Of a stretch of 64,000 nucleotides of DNA, positions 1 through 27,719 are shown in pieces. Below the pieces are notes generated by a model. The model saw nothing but the letters and a program-made list of their open reading frames with translations, was not told the origin of the DNA and ran no database searches. The position numbers and the translations under genes were made by a program. Numbering within the stretch: the stretch's first letter is position 1; each line of letters opens with the position of its first letter. Source of the DNA: the human T2T-CHM13v2.0 reference genome, Homo sapiens; the NCBI RefSeq assembly GCF_009914755.1, contig NC_060943.1, one strand, 5' to 3'.

Positions 1-1925
<1,925 letters not shown>

Positions 1926-2297
1926 CTAGCTTGATCTTAAAGGAATGAATGATTCCCTAAGAGAACTTAGTGAGGGCTGGAGCCCTTGAGTTCCACCAGC
2001 CAATCCCAGGAGTTAGCTGTAAAAGTCACTACTCACCTTTGCAAAATTCAACTTGATCAGGTACCTCTCCTTTAGTTTCAGGAAGAAGAAGCAAGAACCT
2101 TTAAATAATTAATAAGTAAGTGACTGATGTGAAGAAACGCTGAGGCTCTAAAGCTGGATGGAACAGAGACTGGACTATTCTCTGACCATCTAAGTCTATG
2201 CAGCTATAAACAAGAAGGTAAAGCTGCAGGGGCTGACCTGGAGGCCTCAAGATGTATCGATAAACCAGGATGGTAGCAGCTGCGGAACTGTGAGGTG

Positions 2298-2856
2298 CAG
2301 CGGTCCCCAATGTTTTTGGCACCAGGAACTGGTTTCGTGGAAGAAAATTTTTCCACAGACGGCAGCGGTGGGGTGGGTGGGTTGGGGTGGGGGATTGTTT
2401 GGGGAAAATTCAAGCATAATACATTTATTGTGCACTTTATTTCTATTATTATTACATTATAATATATCATCAAATAAGTATACAACTCACCATAATGTCA
2501 AATCTAATGGGAGCCCTGAACTTGTTTCCCTGCAACTAGATGGTCCCATCTGGGGGTGATGGGAGACAGTGACAGATCATCAGGCATTCGATTCTCATAA
2601 GGAGCATGCAACCTAGATCCCTCGAATGCGCAGTTCACAATAGAGTTTGCGCTCCTGTGAGAATCTAGTGCCCAAGCTGACCTGACAGGAGGCGGAGCTC
2701 AGGCTGTAATGCCAGCGATGGGGAGTGGCTGCAAATATAGATGAAGCTTTGCTGGCTGGCCCGCTGCTCACCTCCTGCTGTGGCGGTCTGGTTCCTAACA
2801 GGCCACCATGGGTACCCGTCTGTGGGGGTGGGGAGCGGGGGTGTTGGGGACCCCTG
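2298..2856 (+). mobile_element. MER1A hAT-Charlie DNA transposon
   Basis: TIRs CAGCGGTCCCCAA / TTGGGGACCCCTG and MER1 internal sequence. Confidence 0.85.
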
Positions 2857-4136
2857 GTATAGAGTGCTCTCTTGTAACCCACCCATCCTCTGAGTGCAGA
2901 TTTGCAAATACAACCACGTTCTCTAGAAGGGACCCTATGAGCTGGAGGATAAGACCACAGCCTGGAGTTTTGCTTTTGACTTTCGTAATGTTTAGGCATT
3001 TTTTATGGTGAGCATAGCTTACTTCTGAAATTTAATAAACGACTGTATTAAGCGGTGAAATAGTGAGTACACGGTTGTTTACTTTGTTATTCTGTTTGCA
3101 TGAACATTTAAGAAAAATAAAACATTGAGAATTGTTGGTGGCAGGTGTGGTGGGAGCTTTTTAAAACAACAACAACAACAAAAGCTGTTCCCTACATGTA
3201 ACAGGGATGTCTGTCTTCGGAGGAATTGGTGAGCTGCATCTCACCCCCCGGTGAAGCAAGGGGTCGTGGTGGTGGAACTTGACTGGGAAGTGGGAACTGA
3301 TCCTGGGGAGCAATCCCAGAAGCCTGGGGCTAAGCCATGTCCTGAGAGTTTGGGAAATGAATGTATTAAGCAGCCCAGATGCCTAACTCCAGGGTCACCA
3401 CCAGCCTTTGAGCTCCAGGGGGCGCTCCGCGAACATCCCATGAAAGCGCGCGGGGCGCTTGGGATGATGTTTGCAGGGGAACTGAGCCAGGCTGTGGTCC
3501 TCTGTGCCATCTCCTGCCGGTGGGCAGCACTCCTGTTGTGCACAGGGACCCCTGTTTCCTAGGTCCACAAACTGGTCGGGAAACACGAGTTGACCCGGCC
3601 GCCCCAACCTGCTTTCTAACAAGAGGTTCTGTCCAAGTTCCCCGCTCGACTTTCAATATGTCACTCAGCGCTTAAGCCTCACCCCTTATCCTTGATGTCC
3701 AATCAGGAGCGAGGGTTGGATCCCCAGGGGCCTGGGGAGGCAGAGGGTTCTTTTTTTTTTTTTTTTAAACCTAAAAATTTAAATGAAGATGAAAATGGAA
3801 GATTCTTCATGGAAGTTTTAATGGCAACAATTAGTCTACGAAAAAATAGGAAGTCTGAATGGACCAATAACCAAAGAACTTACAAAGGAAGTAAAAGATC
3901 TAAGAAAGTCCTAGAAGGTTTTATGGGCAAATTCTGCTATACATTCCGACAAATCGTAATTGTACTGTCTCCTTAATTTTTCTGTAAATCTAAAACCATT
4001 CTAAAATAAAAAATTTATTTTAAAAATGTATCCAATCCCCCTCGTCCAAACCTTTGAAATGCTAAAGATTTCTTTTAAAACCCTCAATATCTCTGATTAT
4101 TTTGTTAAGGTTTTTGTTTAAGACTATCTATTGAAG

Positions 4137-4538
<402 letters not shown>

Positions 4539-4653
4539 TCACATAGAGTCTACATAATGGGCAAATTGTGATTAACAACTTTGTCTCCTGCCTTTAAAAA
4601 AAAAATCCTAAAATCCTATCATACTCCAGGCCGTCTCCACGTCTGCTTAATGA

Positions 4654-4975
<322 letters not shown>

Positions 4976-5703
4976 AACTGTCTTAATTTTTGAGAGTAGG
5001 TTTATTACACTGCTCGATGGACAAAAAAATTGGGCACTCTTCTAAAGCTCAGGGGAAAGGGTGCCAAGAGAGGAGTCCCAGGGAAGAGATGTTCAGAGAA
5101 CATCATACCACCCCACCTGCTCTCTTTTTTTTTTTTTTTCTTCAGGAAATGAGGTCTCATTATGTTTCTCAGGCTGGCCTCGAACTCCTGGCTGCAAGCC
5201 ATCCTCCCTCCTCAGCCTCCTGAGTAGCTGGGATTCCAGCTGTGAGCCACCACGCCTGGCTTGACTTTTATAATGCCTTCTCCTTTGACAGTTTGAAGCC
5301 TCTTGGTTAAAGCAAAGGGGGACCTGGAGGGTGACTTCAGTGGGAAGCGGGAAGAGTGACTGGAAACTGGTCCCTTCTGCTGCATGTCTCAGTGTAAGTG
5401 TCAAGAAGTGCTGGGGTAACGTTAGCCACTTCCTCTCTGCAACCAGCCCCCAGGCGCTTCACTTCTCTCTTTCCTCCACCTGAGATGACACAGTTGTGGT
5501 TAAGGCCCTGGACCAAGAGGTTAGCCTAAATGAGAGTCCCATCTCTGCAACTTCTACCTGGATGAATTTGAGCAAGTGATTCACCTCTCTGAGCTTCGGT
5601 TTCCTCATCTGGGAAATTGAGATAATAACAGTTAATGTCTACATCATAAAGTTGTTGTGATAACTAAATAAAAACGTCATGATAATTAAATAAATTAAAA
5701 TGT

Positions 5704-6695
<992 letters not shown>

Positions 6696-7169
6696 TTACT
6701 TTATTGGAAAGAGATTGTTAAGGATTCCAGCTAGTTGTTTCTGGATAGCAGAAATGACTAGCCTTCTTGGAACAGATCTTCTGTCTTCTGAAAAAGTCAC
6801 TAGAATAACTCTTCAGTCACACACATGTAAAGCAAGTGTTTACCCCAATTGCTAAGAACCCAGGAAGGGAAAATCTTAAGGGATGTGGGTATTCTGGGAG
6901 TAAACAGATTGACAGCCACACTCCTTCACTTTGAGATACAAAAGTTCTAAAACATTTCTGTTAAACCAGAGTGGTCAGCTCTCATGAGAGGATCGAGGAA
7001 TTGCTATAGGAAAACTCACCATAATGGTTAGGGGTGTGTGTGTTAGTAGCTCAGACACAGGTACCTTAGAGAGCTGGTATTAGCTAGGAAGGACTACTGA
7101 TGGGTTGAATTTGTATCCCCTGTGGTAAGAGGCATAACAAGCTGATTTCTAACTGAGGGTAGAAAGTGA

Positions 7170-7390
7170 CTGTGTTAACTTGGGGCTGCTGCAATTACAG
7201 GACCACAAGCTGGGTGGTTTAAACAACAGAAATTTATTGTCTTGCAAATCTGGAGGGGAGGGTAGAAGTCAGGAATCAAGGTGTTGGCAGGGCTGCACCC
7301 CCTCTAAAGGCTCTAGGAGAGGATCCTTTCTTGCCTCCCCCAGTTTCTGGTGGCTCCACGTGTTCCTTGGTTTGTGACAGCAGCTCTCCC
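7170..7390. mobile_element. MaLR MLT1 LTR fragment
   Basis: ggtggtttaaacaacagaaatttattgtc motif. Confidence 0.7.
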
Positions 7391-7629
7391 ATCCCTATAG
7401 AGAGAAAGTAGATGGTGGCTTAGGGATGGGGAGGATGGAGTGACAGGGGATGATAGCTGAAGACATAAGGTTTCTTTTGGAGGGGATGAAAATCTAAAAT
7501 TGATCATGGTGATTGTTGTCCATATCTGTGAATATATGAAAAACTATTGAATTGTATACTAAATGGGTAAATGTTATGGTTTGTGAATTGCATCTCAATG
7601 AAGTTTTTTTTAAAATGACACAAACTTGA

Positions 7630-12860
<5,231 letters not shown>

Positions 12861-12894
12861 CTTCCAGAACCCATAGCACTTCTCTTTCCTAACT

Positions 12895-13110
12895 AGCATT
12901 GTCCAGTAAAACACCTGTAGTGATAGAAATGTTTATATCTGCCCTGTCCAATGTAATAGCCACTAGCCACATGTGGCTATTGAGCACTTGCAATGTGGCT
13001 AGTGTAACTAAGAAAGTGAATTTTAAATTTTATTTCATTTCGATTAAGCATAAATAGCCATATTTAACTTCAAGAAGATAAGTGGCTATCTTCTTGAACA
13101 ATGCAATTGT
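12895..13110. mobile_element. MER3 hAT element
   Basis: tagccactagccacatgtggctattgagcact core. Confidence 0.75.
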
Positions 13111-14237
13111 AGGCCATGCTCAGAGTACCAATTCCTTAGAATTCCCTACTCAAATGTTCCCAAACCTGCTTCCAGCAACTGTTTGGGCCTCTTCCTAGTC
13201 CATCTTCTACCTGACACCCAGAACAGATCATGCTGGTACGCACACCCCAAACCCAAGGGGTAGGCAAGAGGTGATGTGGGGTACATGCACCAAGCTCCAA
13301 TGTGCAGGCTTGGTATCCACATACATGCATGAATAACTCCTTAGGGGTACAGGACATCAACAAGGAAGGCAAGAGAAGGGAGTAAGCTATAGATAGGGCG
13401 CCTCCATTTGTACTCTTTGTCCAGGATCCACAAATGCTAGAGATGTCTTTGACTGGTAATGTCCCATTTCTTAGCTATGTGATGGCTACATGTGTGTTCA
13501 CTGTATAATTTTTTGACTCTATTTATATGTACAAATGTGCACGTGTGTATGTGTATAGGTATACACATATATGCTATATTTCACAATTCTTTAAAATGAT
13601 TAAAAAATTTTTACCACTATTAGGATAAAGTCCTAGCTCGTTCCATGATATATAAAGCCTTGTACAAACCATCTTCTGCCTATCTTGGACCTGATCTCCT
13701 GCCATTCTCCCCCTCTCCTGTCACCTCTAGTCACACTGACCTTTTTGCTCCAGCCAACAGTGCCAAGTTACAGAGCTGTTTGTTGGAGGAGGTTTAATTG
13801 GCCCTGCATTTAAAACCATTTGTATTAGTGAGGCAAAGAAATGCCTGCGATGGGGGTTGCATGAGGACTGGAATGAGCAGCCACAGTGTCAGAAGTGATG
13901 TGGCAACTGCAGCCTCCCAGAGTTTAGGAGGAAAGACATCTGCTTATATAAGAAAGCTGGAGACAGTTCTGAAGGCTGCCAAAAAAGGAACACTTGCAAC
14001 TGAAGGAACCATCAATCAGGTGCCCTGAACAGGTGGAGGCTGGGGCTACTCTCAGCGGAAAGCCAGGCTCAGAGCTCCAATTACCAGCCATGAGGAATCC
14101 AACTATCAAAACTGATGCCAGAGGGGAGGGAGAGGAGGAGACAGAGGCCTGACTCAGCGGAAAGAGCGATTCCAGAGCACCTGAGGTAACTGACGAACCA
14201 CCAGAGAGGAGTTGGAGATCAATAACAGAAATATCTA

Positions 14238-14430
14238 ACTCAGTGGTTCTCAAAGCCAGATCCCCAGACCAGCAGCATCAGCTTGACCAGGGAGCTGGTT
14301 AGAAGTGCACATTCTCAGGCCCCCCCTTGGTAAGAATCAGAAACTCTAAGGCACAGGGAGGGACCAGTAATCCCTGTTTTAAGAAGCCCTCCAAGGTGGC
14401 TTTTCCAATGTTGGATAAATTCTGAGAGCC
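14238..14430. mobile_element. MER5A
   Basis: cagtggttctcaaag...cagcagcatcagc...gaatcagaaactct. Confidence 0.7.
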
Positions 14431-15567
14431 ATAAATCTAACTTTAATTGAGCGTGGACTATGTACCAGGCGCTATTCTGAGTGTTTGCCTCTATTAACTG
14501 AATATTCCACATAATGGCATCATGAAATAGAAGGTGAACCATTTTACAGATGGGAGCTGTGAGACAGGATAATTTATGTAACTTACCTAAAATCAGAGAG
14601 CCAGACAGAGGGAGAGATGCAATCTGAACCTCAAGAGCATGTGCTCTTCCTTCACCACTGGGCTCTACTGCAGTGTTGCTCAGACCTTAGCACACAACTC
14701 CTGGGGGGCTTCTGAAAACACTCCTGCTGGAACCCCTTGGTAGAGTCTGTGATTCACTAGAATTGGGGCTGAGAATTTGCATTTCTCACAAGGCCAGATG
14801 ATTCGGAGGCTCCTGGTCCAATTTCACTCTAGGAGAACCATTGTGCCATGTTTTACCACCTTCCCCACCTGAGGATTTAGTCCAGCAAATGGAAATGTTG
14901 ATTGAGGCTTTTTGAGAAAATCCATGTGCAGAGCCCCTTGCCGGGACTCTTTTGGCTACAAATGACAGAAAACCCTGTTCTAATTGTCTTAAGCAAAAAT
15001 GGTATCTATAGGCCACTTGAAACAGCCTAAGTCTGCCTCTAGGCACAGCTGGACCTAAGGATCCAGGAGGTATTAACAGTTAGGATTCCCTCTTTTTCTC
15101 TCCATCTCTCAGCTCAGCTTTCCTCTCTGCCTTCATTCTGTTGTCTTCATTCTCCCCTCACAATGGCCCCCAGCAACTCTGGCCTTAGATTCCACCAGGT
15201 AGAAACCCCCAAGTACCCCTTCCTATTATCCCATCAGAAGCACACGCTGGCTGTCATTGGCCAGACATGGATCACAGGCGCATTTCTGAACAATCATTGT
15301 GGTCAAGGAAATGTAATGTTCTTATTAGCTAGGCCTGGGTTATGGGCTCACCTCTAAAGAGCAGAAAGTGGGCTGAGCTGCACTAAAAGCACACAGATCA
15401 AGAGTAGGGTAGAAGAATCGGGTGCTGGGGCCAAAAAAGGAAATGAATGTTGAGCAGGCAAATATAACCAATGTCCACTACACCATCCTCAAAGGACAAA
15501 ATGTGTTCAACATTAAACTCTCAAAGGATGGGCCCAAGCACAGAGATCATGATCAAAGGGAAAACCC

Positions 15568-16130
<563 letters not shown>

Positions 16131-16607
16131 GGCTTTCTCTTGGGGTCTCTCGCGTGGCTATAGTCAGATAGTGACGGGAGCTGGGGTCATCTCGAAGGCT
16201 TCCTCACACACATGTCTGGCAGTTGATGCTGGCTGCTGGCCAGAATACACTCATGTGAACCATCCATGCGGCCTGGGCTTCCTTCCATACCAATTTGTTT
16301 CCAAGGGTGAGCATTTCAAGAAAGAGAACCAGGCAGAAGCTGTGTTGCCTTTTTGTGACCTGGCCTCAGAAGTCACATAGTGTCATTTCTACCATACTCT
16401 CCTGGTTGTCTTGATGCCTAGGATCAAGAGGAGTGGTTACAGACTCCAGCTCTTGGAATGGGAGTGGTACATGATCAGAAGAGCAGGGGGAATGGGAGAC
16501 ATTGATTGTCACCGTCCTTTTTGTAAAATAATGTGCCACAGGGAGGCAATGACTGGAAGGAAGGCATGCGGGGGATTCTGGGGGGCTATTAGTGCTGTGT
16601 TTTTTAA

Positions 16608-17940
<1,333 letters not shown>

Positions 17941-18139
17941 GTGGTTGTAAATAGACTTTCTAATATTTTCCTGCACCTAAAATGTTTGTCTTGAAAACCC
18001 CCAGAAAACCAGGACCATCTTCAGAGACTATTACCATGACCACAAATTCCACAAGGACAGGTAACAATCTGTCTTACTCACCTCAGTATCCCAGCCACTG
18101 AATGAGATGTGAAAATGTATTCAATTGTACACCAAACAT

Positions 18140-19570
18140 GTATTACAGAATGGGAGAAAATATTTGCAAACTCTCCATCTGACAAGGGATTAATAACCAG
18201 AATATAAAAGGAGCTCAAACAACTCAATAAGAAAAAAAAACTTATAAACTTATTTAAAAATGGCCAAAAGATCTGAATAGACATTTCTCAAAAGAAGACA
18301 TACAAATGGCAAACAGGCACATGAAAAGGTGCTCAACATAACTGATCATCAGAGAAATGCAAATCAGAATTACAATATCATCTCACCCCAAGTAAAATGG
18401 CTTTCATCCCAAAGACAGGCAATAACAAATGCTAGTGAGGAGGTGGAGAAAAAGGAACCCTCGTACACAGTTGGTGAGAATGTAAATCAGTACAGCTACT
18501 ACGGAGAACAGTATAGACGTTCCTCAGAAAAAGTGAAAATAGCTGGGCGCAGTGGCTCATGCCTGTAATCCCAGCACTTTGGGAGGCTGAGGCGAGTGGG
18601 TTGCCTGAGGTCAGGAGTTTAAGACCAGTCTGGCTAACATGGTGAAACCCCGTCTCTACTAAAAACACAAAAAAATTAGCTGGGCATGGTGGTGTGTGCC
18701 TGTAATCCCAGCTACTCCGGGGGCTGAGGCAGGGGAATTGCTTGAACCATGGAGATAGAAGTTGCAGTGAACAGAGATCGCACCACGGCACTACAGCCAG
18801 GCAACAGAGCGAGATTCCATCTCAAAAAAAAAAAAAAAAGAAAAAGAAAAAGAAAAACTGAAAATAGAACTACCATATGATCCTGGCAGAATCCCACTGC
18901 TAGGTATATATCCACAAGAAAGAAAATCAGTATATGGAAGAGACATCTCCACTCCCATGTTTGTTGCATCATTGTTTACAAGCGCCCAAATTTGGAATCA
19001 ACCTAAGTGTCCATAACAGATGAATGGATAAAGAAAACGTGGTGCATATACACAATGGAGTACTATTCAGCCATAAACAAGAATGAGATCCTGTCATTTG
19101 CAATGACATGGATAGAACTGGAGGACATTATATTAAGTGACAGAAGCCAGGCACAGAAAGGCAAACTTGACATATTTTAACTCATTTGTGGGAGCTAAAA
19201 TGTAACAACTGAACTCATGGAGATAGAGAGTAGAAGGATAGCTGCCACAGGCTGGGAAAGGTAGTAGAGGGGAGAGGAAGTGGAGATAGTTAATGGGTAC
19301 AAAAATACAGTTCGACAAAATGAGTATCTAGTATTTGATAACACAACAGGGTGACTACAGTCAGAACTGATTTGTTGTACATTTTAGAATAACTGAGGGA
19401 GTACAATTGGAGTGTTCATAACACAAAGAAATGATGAATGCTTGAGGTGATGGATGCCCCATGTACCCTGATGTGATTATTACACACACACCTATACCAA
19501 AATATCTCCTGGACCCCAAAAATATGTACACCTACTATGTACCCACAAAAATGGAAAAATTAAAAATAAT
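18140..19570 (+). mobile_element. L1MA ORF2 end/3'UTR with inserted AluS (~18541-18857)
   Basis: L1 consensus (gaatgggagaaaatatttgcaaact...; atcaacctaagtgtcc); Alu TSD gaaaatag. Confidence 0.85.
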
Positions 19571-19832
19571 TTTGAAAAGCTTACTTAAGAAAAAAACAGG
19601 TAAAATTTTCAAAGCTAGAGGACATCAGAGAAAAAGTCAGGATATAGTAAAAAAAAACATGAAACTTAAGCCACTTCTGGCCCTCCCATCAGAAAGCTTG
19701 ATGCCAGATGAAGATTGCAGCCAAGAGCCCTGGAGAGGGGGTGGCACCGTGGAGAGAAAGAGAAGCAAGAAAAGAAGGGGTTTGGTGCTAGGTAGTTCTT
19801 GGTGATGAGTCATAACTGACTGCAAAAAGTCA

Positions 19833-22220
<2,388 letters not shown>

Positions 22221-22350
22221 TAATTGTCCGTCATGTGAGATATACTAAAATTTATCAATTCTCCTTTAAATGGACATCAGATGTGTTTCTTTTTGCTATC
22301 AGATAAATGCTTTACAAAAGCATACAAAAGTTGACAGATGAACTTTGTAT

Positions 22351-22381
22351 ACTTGATCTTAGCCAAAGGCTGAGAAGAGAT
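22351..22381 (-). pseudogene. U2 snRNA 5'-fragment pseudogene
   Basis: Minus strand ATCTCTTCTCAGCCTTTGGCTAAGATCAAGT vs U2 5' ATCGCTTCTCGGCCTTTTGGCTAAGATCAAGT; flanking direct repeat atgaacttt. Confidence 0.8.
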
Positions 22382-23789
22382 ACTATGAACTTTAACATCT
22401 CAATCGATGCATGTGGTCAAATATCTCTTCTTGGGTAAGGACCTAGGAGTGCCAAGCATATGGGATTCAGATTTTCAATTTGGTTCAGTTTTTCAAAATA
22501 ACAACAAACTACTTCCCAGAGGGTTGTACTAATTTGAACTCCCATCAGCAACATATGAGATGTCCTGTGAATCCCCATCCTCACCTACAGCCATCTTAAC
22601 TTTTGTCAATTTGAGGCTGTGAAACAGAATTTTAGTGTGGCCTTTTTTTCTTTAGATGTTCCATATAATTAGGGGCTGGCTTTTAGTCAGATGGCTGGGA
22701 CCAAACGATTGAGGAGGAAGGGAATTTAGAGGGTGACTGTAATGATGAATCTATAATTGGTAGGGGACAGTGGGCAGGGTGGGATGGAAAAAGGAGAGCC
22801 ATGATGGACAGGGAGAGTGTGGGAACGTGGCCTGGAGGTTGCGCTGGAAGCAGAGGTGGTACTTGAACAAGCAAGCTGGAAGGAGAGGAAGTGGATTTCA
22901 GTTTCCTGATCTTTGTCTTGCTCTGATTAGGGATGAGTTGGAACATCTTTTCATGTCAATTACAAAACTACTGAAGCAACCAAAGAATCTCAAAGGAAAA
23001 GACCGACAGACTATTTTTAAAATTACTTTATTTAAAGCAATGTTTCTATGCAATTTAAATAAAAGAAATCTCTGGAGAAAAAAAAATCTCTTTATCACAA
23101 TCTATGTTGTACCCAAAACTGATATAACTTAACAAAGAAAAGACCAAGCCCCCGTTCAGGAATGTGCCATTGGTAAAGGGCAAATCCTGAGAGGAGCTAC
23201 AGGGTAGCTCAGAGACAGGTGGGCAGAGCAATTCTACAGAAGGCAGATGCGATCCATGGCATGGCTACTGCACGCCCAGCAGGAGTCGAAGCAGCAGGAG
23301 ATGCTGTGCTGGTGGCTGGGCCATCAAAATGAGGCCTCTGAGGCTGGCTTCACAGTCCAGTTGTGAAATGTGCACGACCCACATCTCACGTGTCATTTAT
23401 TAATGCAGTATATTCACTGACTGTGTGCCAGGCTCTGCAGATAATGTGGCAACCAAGATAGACTCTGCCCCCATGCTCATGGATTTATTGTCCAAAGATG
23501 AGACAGACGCAGAGATGCTGACATCACAGCTGGTCAAGGTGGGACAGGGGAGAGGCAGACAGATGGGTCAAGGCTGGGATGGGAGAAACCCCAGGAGCTG
23601 TGGAAGCTCAGAACGGGCCCCCCACCCACCCTGGGGGACCAAGGGGGCTTCCTAAAGGAGACACCTTTACTGAGACCTGAACAGTGTATGGAATTAGTTG
23701 TGGGGAGGTGGGTGAAAGAAGGGTGCTCCAAAAAGAGGGAGAAGCACGTACAAATGCCCACAGGTGACAGGGAGTCGGGAGTGTTCTAG

Positions 23790-24230
23790 ACCAGCATGAT
23801 CCAACAGAAGAGTAACACGAGCCATACATGTGAGCTGCAAAGCTAATTAAACATTTTCTAATAGCCCAATTAAAAAAACCATAAAATTAATTGTAATTTT
23901 AATAATATATTTTATTTAACTCAATATATCCAAAATATTACCATATCAGTATGTGATCAATATAAAACATTTTTTTTGTACCAAGTCTTTAACTCTGGTG
24001 GGTATTTATGCTTAAAATATATCTCAAGTCACACGAGCCACATTTCAAGTGCCCAGGAGCCACATGTGGCCAGTGGCTCCTGTACTGTACTGAAGAGCAG
24101 GGCAACACCTTTGCTACTCAAAGCCTTGGCATCATTTGGGAGCTTGAAATGCAGAATCTCAGGCCCCTTCCTCAACCCACCGAAGCGGAATCTACATTCA
24201 AAATCCCAGATGCACATCAGAGTTTGAGAG
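23790..24230. mobile_element. MER33/MER3-like plus MER5A fragments
   Basis: agccacatttcaagtg...gccacatgtggccagtggct; gaaatgcagaatctcaggcccc. Confidence 0.6.
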
Positions 24231-24984
24231 AAATGGGTCCAGTTCTGCCTAAAATACTTCTGTGGCTTCCTACTGCCCTCATGATAAATGTCCAGCTATT
24301 GAGGTTGGCAATCATTCACTCACTCCTTCATTTACTCATTCATTCAGCGCATGGTTACTGAGCACCTACTGAGTGCCAGGCCCTGTGCTGGGTGATGTTG
24401 AGGACTCACCGACGGTACAGACAGACCTGATTCTGACCCTGCTGGAACTCCCAGACAGTTAATAAATGAGTAGCCAAATCACTGTTTCATTTGGACTATG
24501 TGAAACATAATATGCTTAATGTGAATTTGCAGTGTACAAGGAGTGTCAGGGAAGGTCTGACCCGATTTGAGTGGAAAGGGATCCAGAAAAATAACCCAAA
24601 TAAGGGAAGAGGCCACCACCATGGCGAAAGGCCACAAGCAGATTAAATGTCCTATTGCAGAGGACAGGATTGCCAAGCAACTCCAGCCCATTCATGGTCA
24701 TTAAGAAGGATCGTTTTCAGGCTTCAGAGAAATGTGGAGAAACGCCTGGAGTATAGGGTTACAGAAAATGAGCCAGGGACAGAGCTGGTGCGGTGATATC
24801 ACCCCATGCACAGACTTGTCTGAATTTGGAAAATGAGGAGAAAGGAGGGGATCAGAGAATCAGGAAGATGGGCAATTTGTCAGTAGGGAATGACTTGGGG
24901 CAAGAAATTGCAGGTTATCTTTTTTTAGGAAAATTTAAAAATCCCTTAACAAAACATATCTAGATTTGCTTTAAAAATAACTGA

Positions 24985-26551
<1,567 letters not shown>

Positions 26552-26999
26552 CACTAATAGTCTCTTTACTGAACTCACTGTGCCAACAGCCACTGATATC
26601 AGAGTGGAAGAATTCTCCCAATGCCAGTATTAATAATCTAGTTAACTTCTCTCTTGCACATACAAAATCCTTTTATACAATTCAGTTGTTCTAAATGCTT
26701 GTGAGACATTTTTTAGATACCTTGTAAGTCATGTTTATAAGGATAATTGTGATAATTAATATAGAAGATTCTCTTAATCAATGTGACTCAAAAGGAAGCT
26801 TACAAGTGATCCTTAAAATTTCACTCTGGTGTGACAACCCTAGTGTAAAGAGAAATGGGCCTCAGTTTTCTTCCTACTGCTGTAGATTTTTTAAAGTAAT
26901 AAAGTGATTCCTGAAAGTTGTTTTCATCTTAAGCTGACACATAATGTGATTTATTTTCCTGTTTACTTTTCCCCCTACAACAGGTTTAATTGCGTTAAA

Positions 27000-27660
27000 T
27001 GGTGAGATGGGAGGCCAAGAGCCCAGGGAGGAGGACAGGCAGAGACAAGGTGGGAGAGGACCGGGTTGGACCAAGGCAGAGTGGAAAATGGGAGAAGGGA
27101 GAAGATGTGAGAGATGTCCAGCAGTCCCAGAGGACAAGCCCTGGAAGCTGATGGGCTGGACGGGGGGCAGGGATGGGAGGGAGGCATTCAGAATGAGGCC
27201 CATGGCTCCCTCTGAGAACCTGGAGCCTGGAGGGGCCACCCCTGAGACAAAGGCTGAGAGAGCATGTTTGGAATCTGGGACATGGTGAGTGTTAAGGGCC
27301 CAAGGATTGCCCAGTTGGGATTGGGGGATTGTCCATGAGGCCTCCGGATCCTCCAGGTCTAGGGCTCAGAGTAGAGGTCAGGGCTAAGGACAGAGTGTGT
27401 CATCTGCACAGAGATAGGAAACAGACCATGAAAGAGGGTAAGGTGGCCCCAAGGTGAGAAGAGAGAACATAGCCCCACCACATTTAACAGACTGGTGAAA
27501 ACAGAGGAGCCCGCAAGGAAGCAAAACGTAGAGGAAATGTCAGGGGATAGCAGACTCACAGAAACTAAGGGGAGGGTGTGCTCACAGAAGGCAGGCAGGG
27601 TCACCACAGCCGATTTTTGCCAAGATGACCAATAAGATGAGCACCAAAAAGAGCCCACTG
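27000..27660 (-). mobile_element. L2 fragment
   Basis: Purine-rich L2-like sequence (gtcatctgcacagagat; catttaacag...gaggag). Confidence 0.5.
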
Positions 27661-27719
27661 AGCCAGGCTTCTCACTGGCAGAGGAAGGAGTTATAAAGAA
27701 AGCAAGGGGGGGATGGTGA

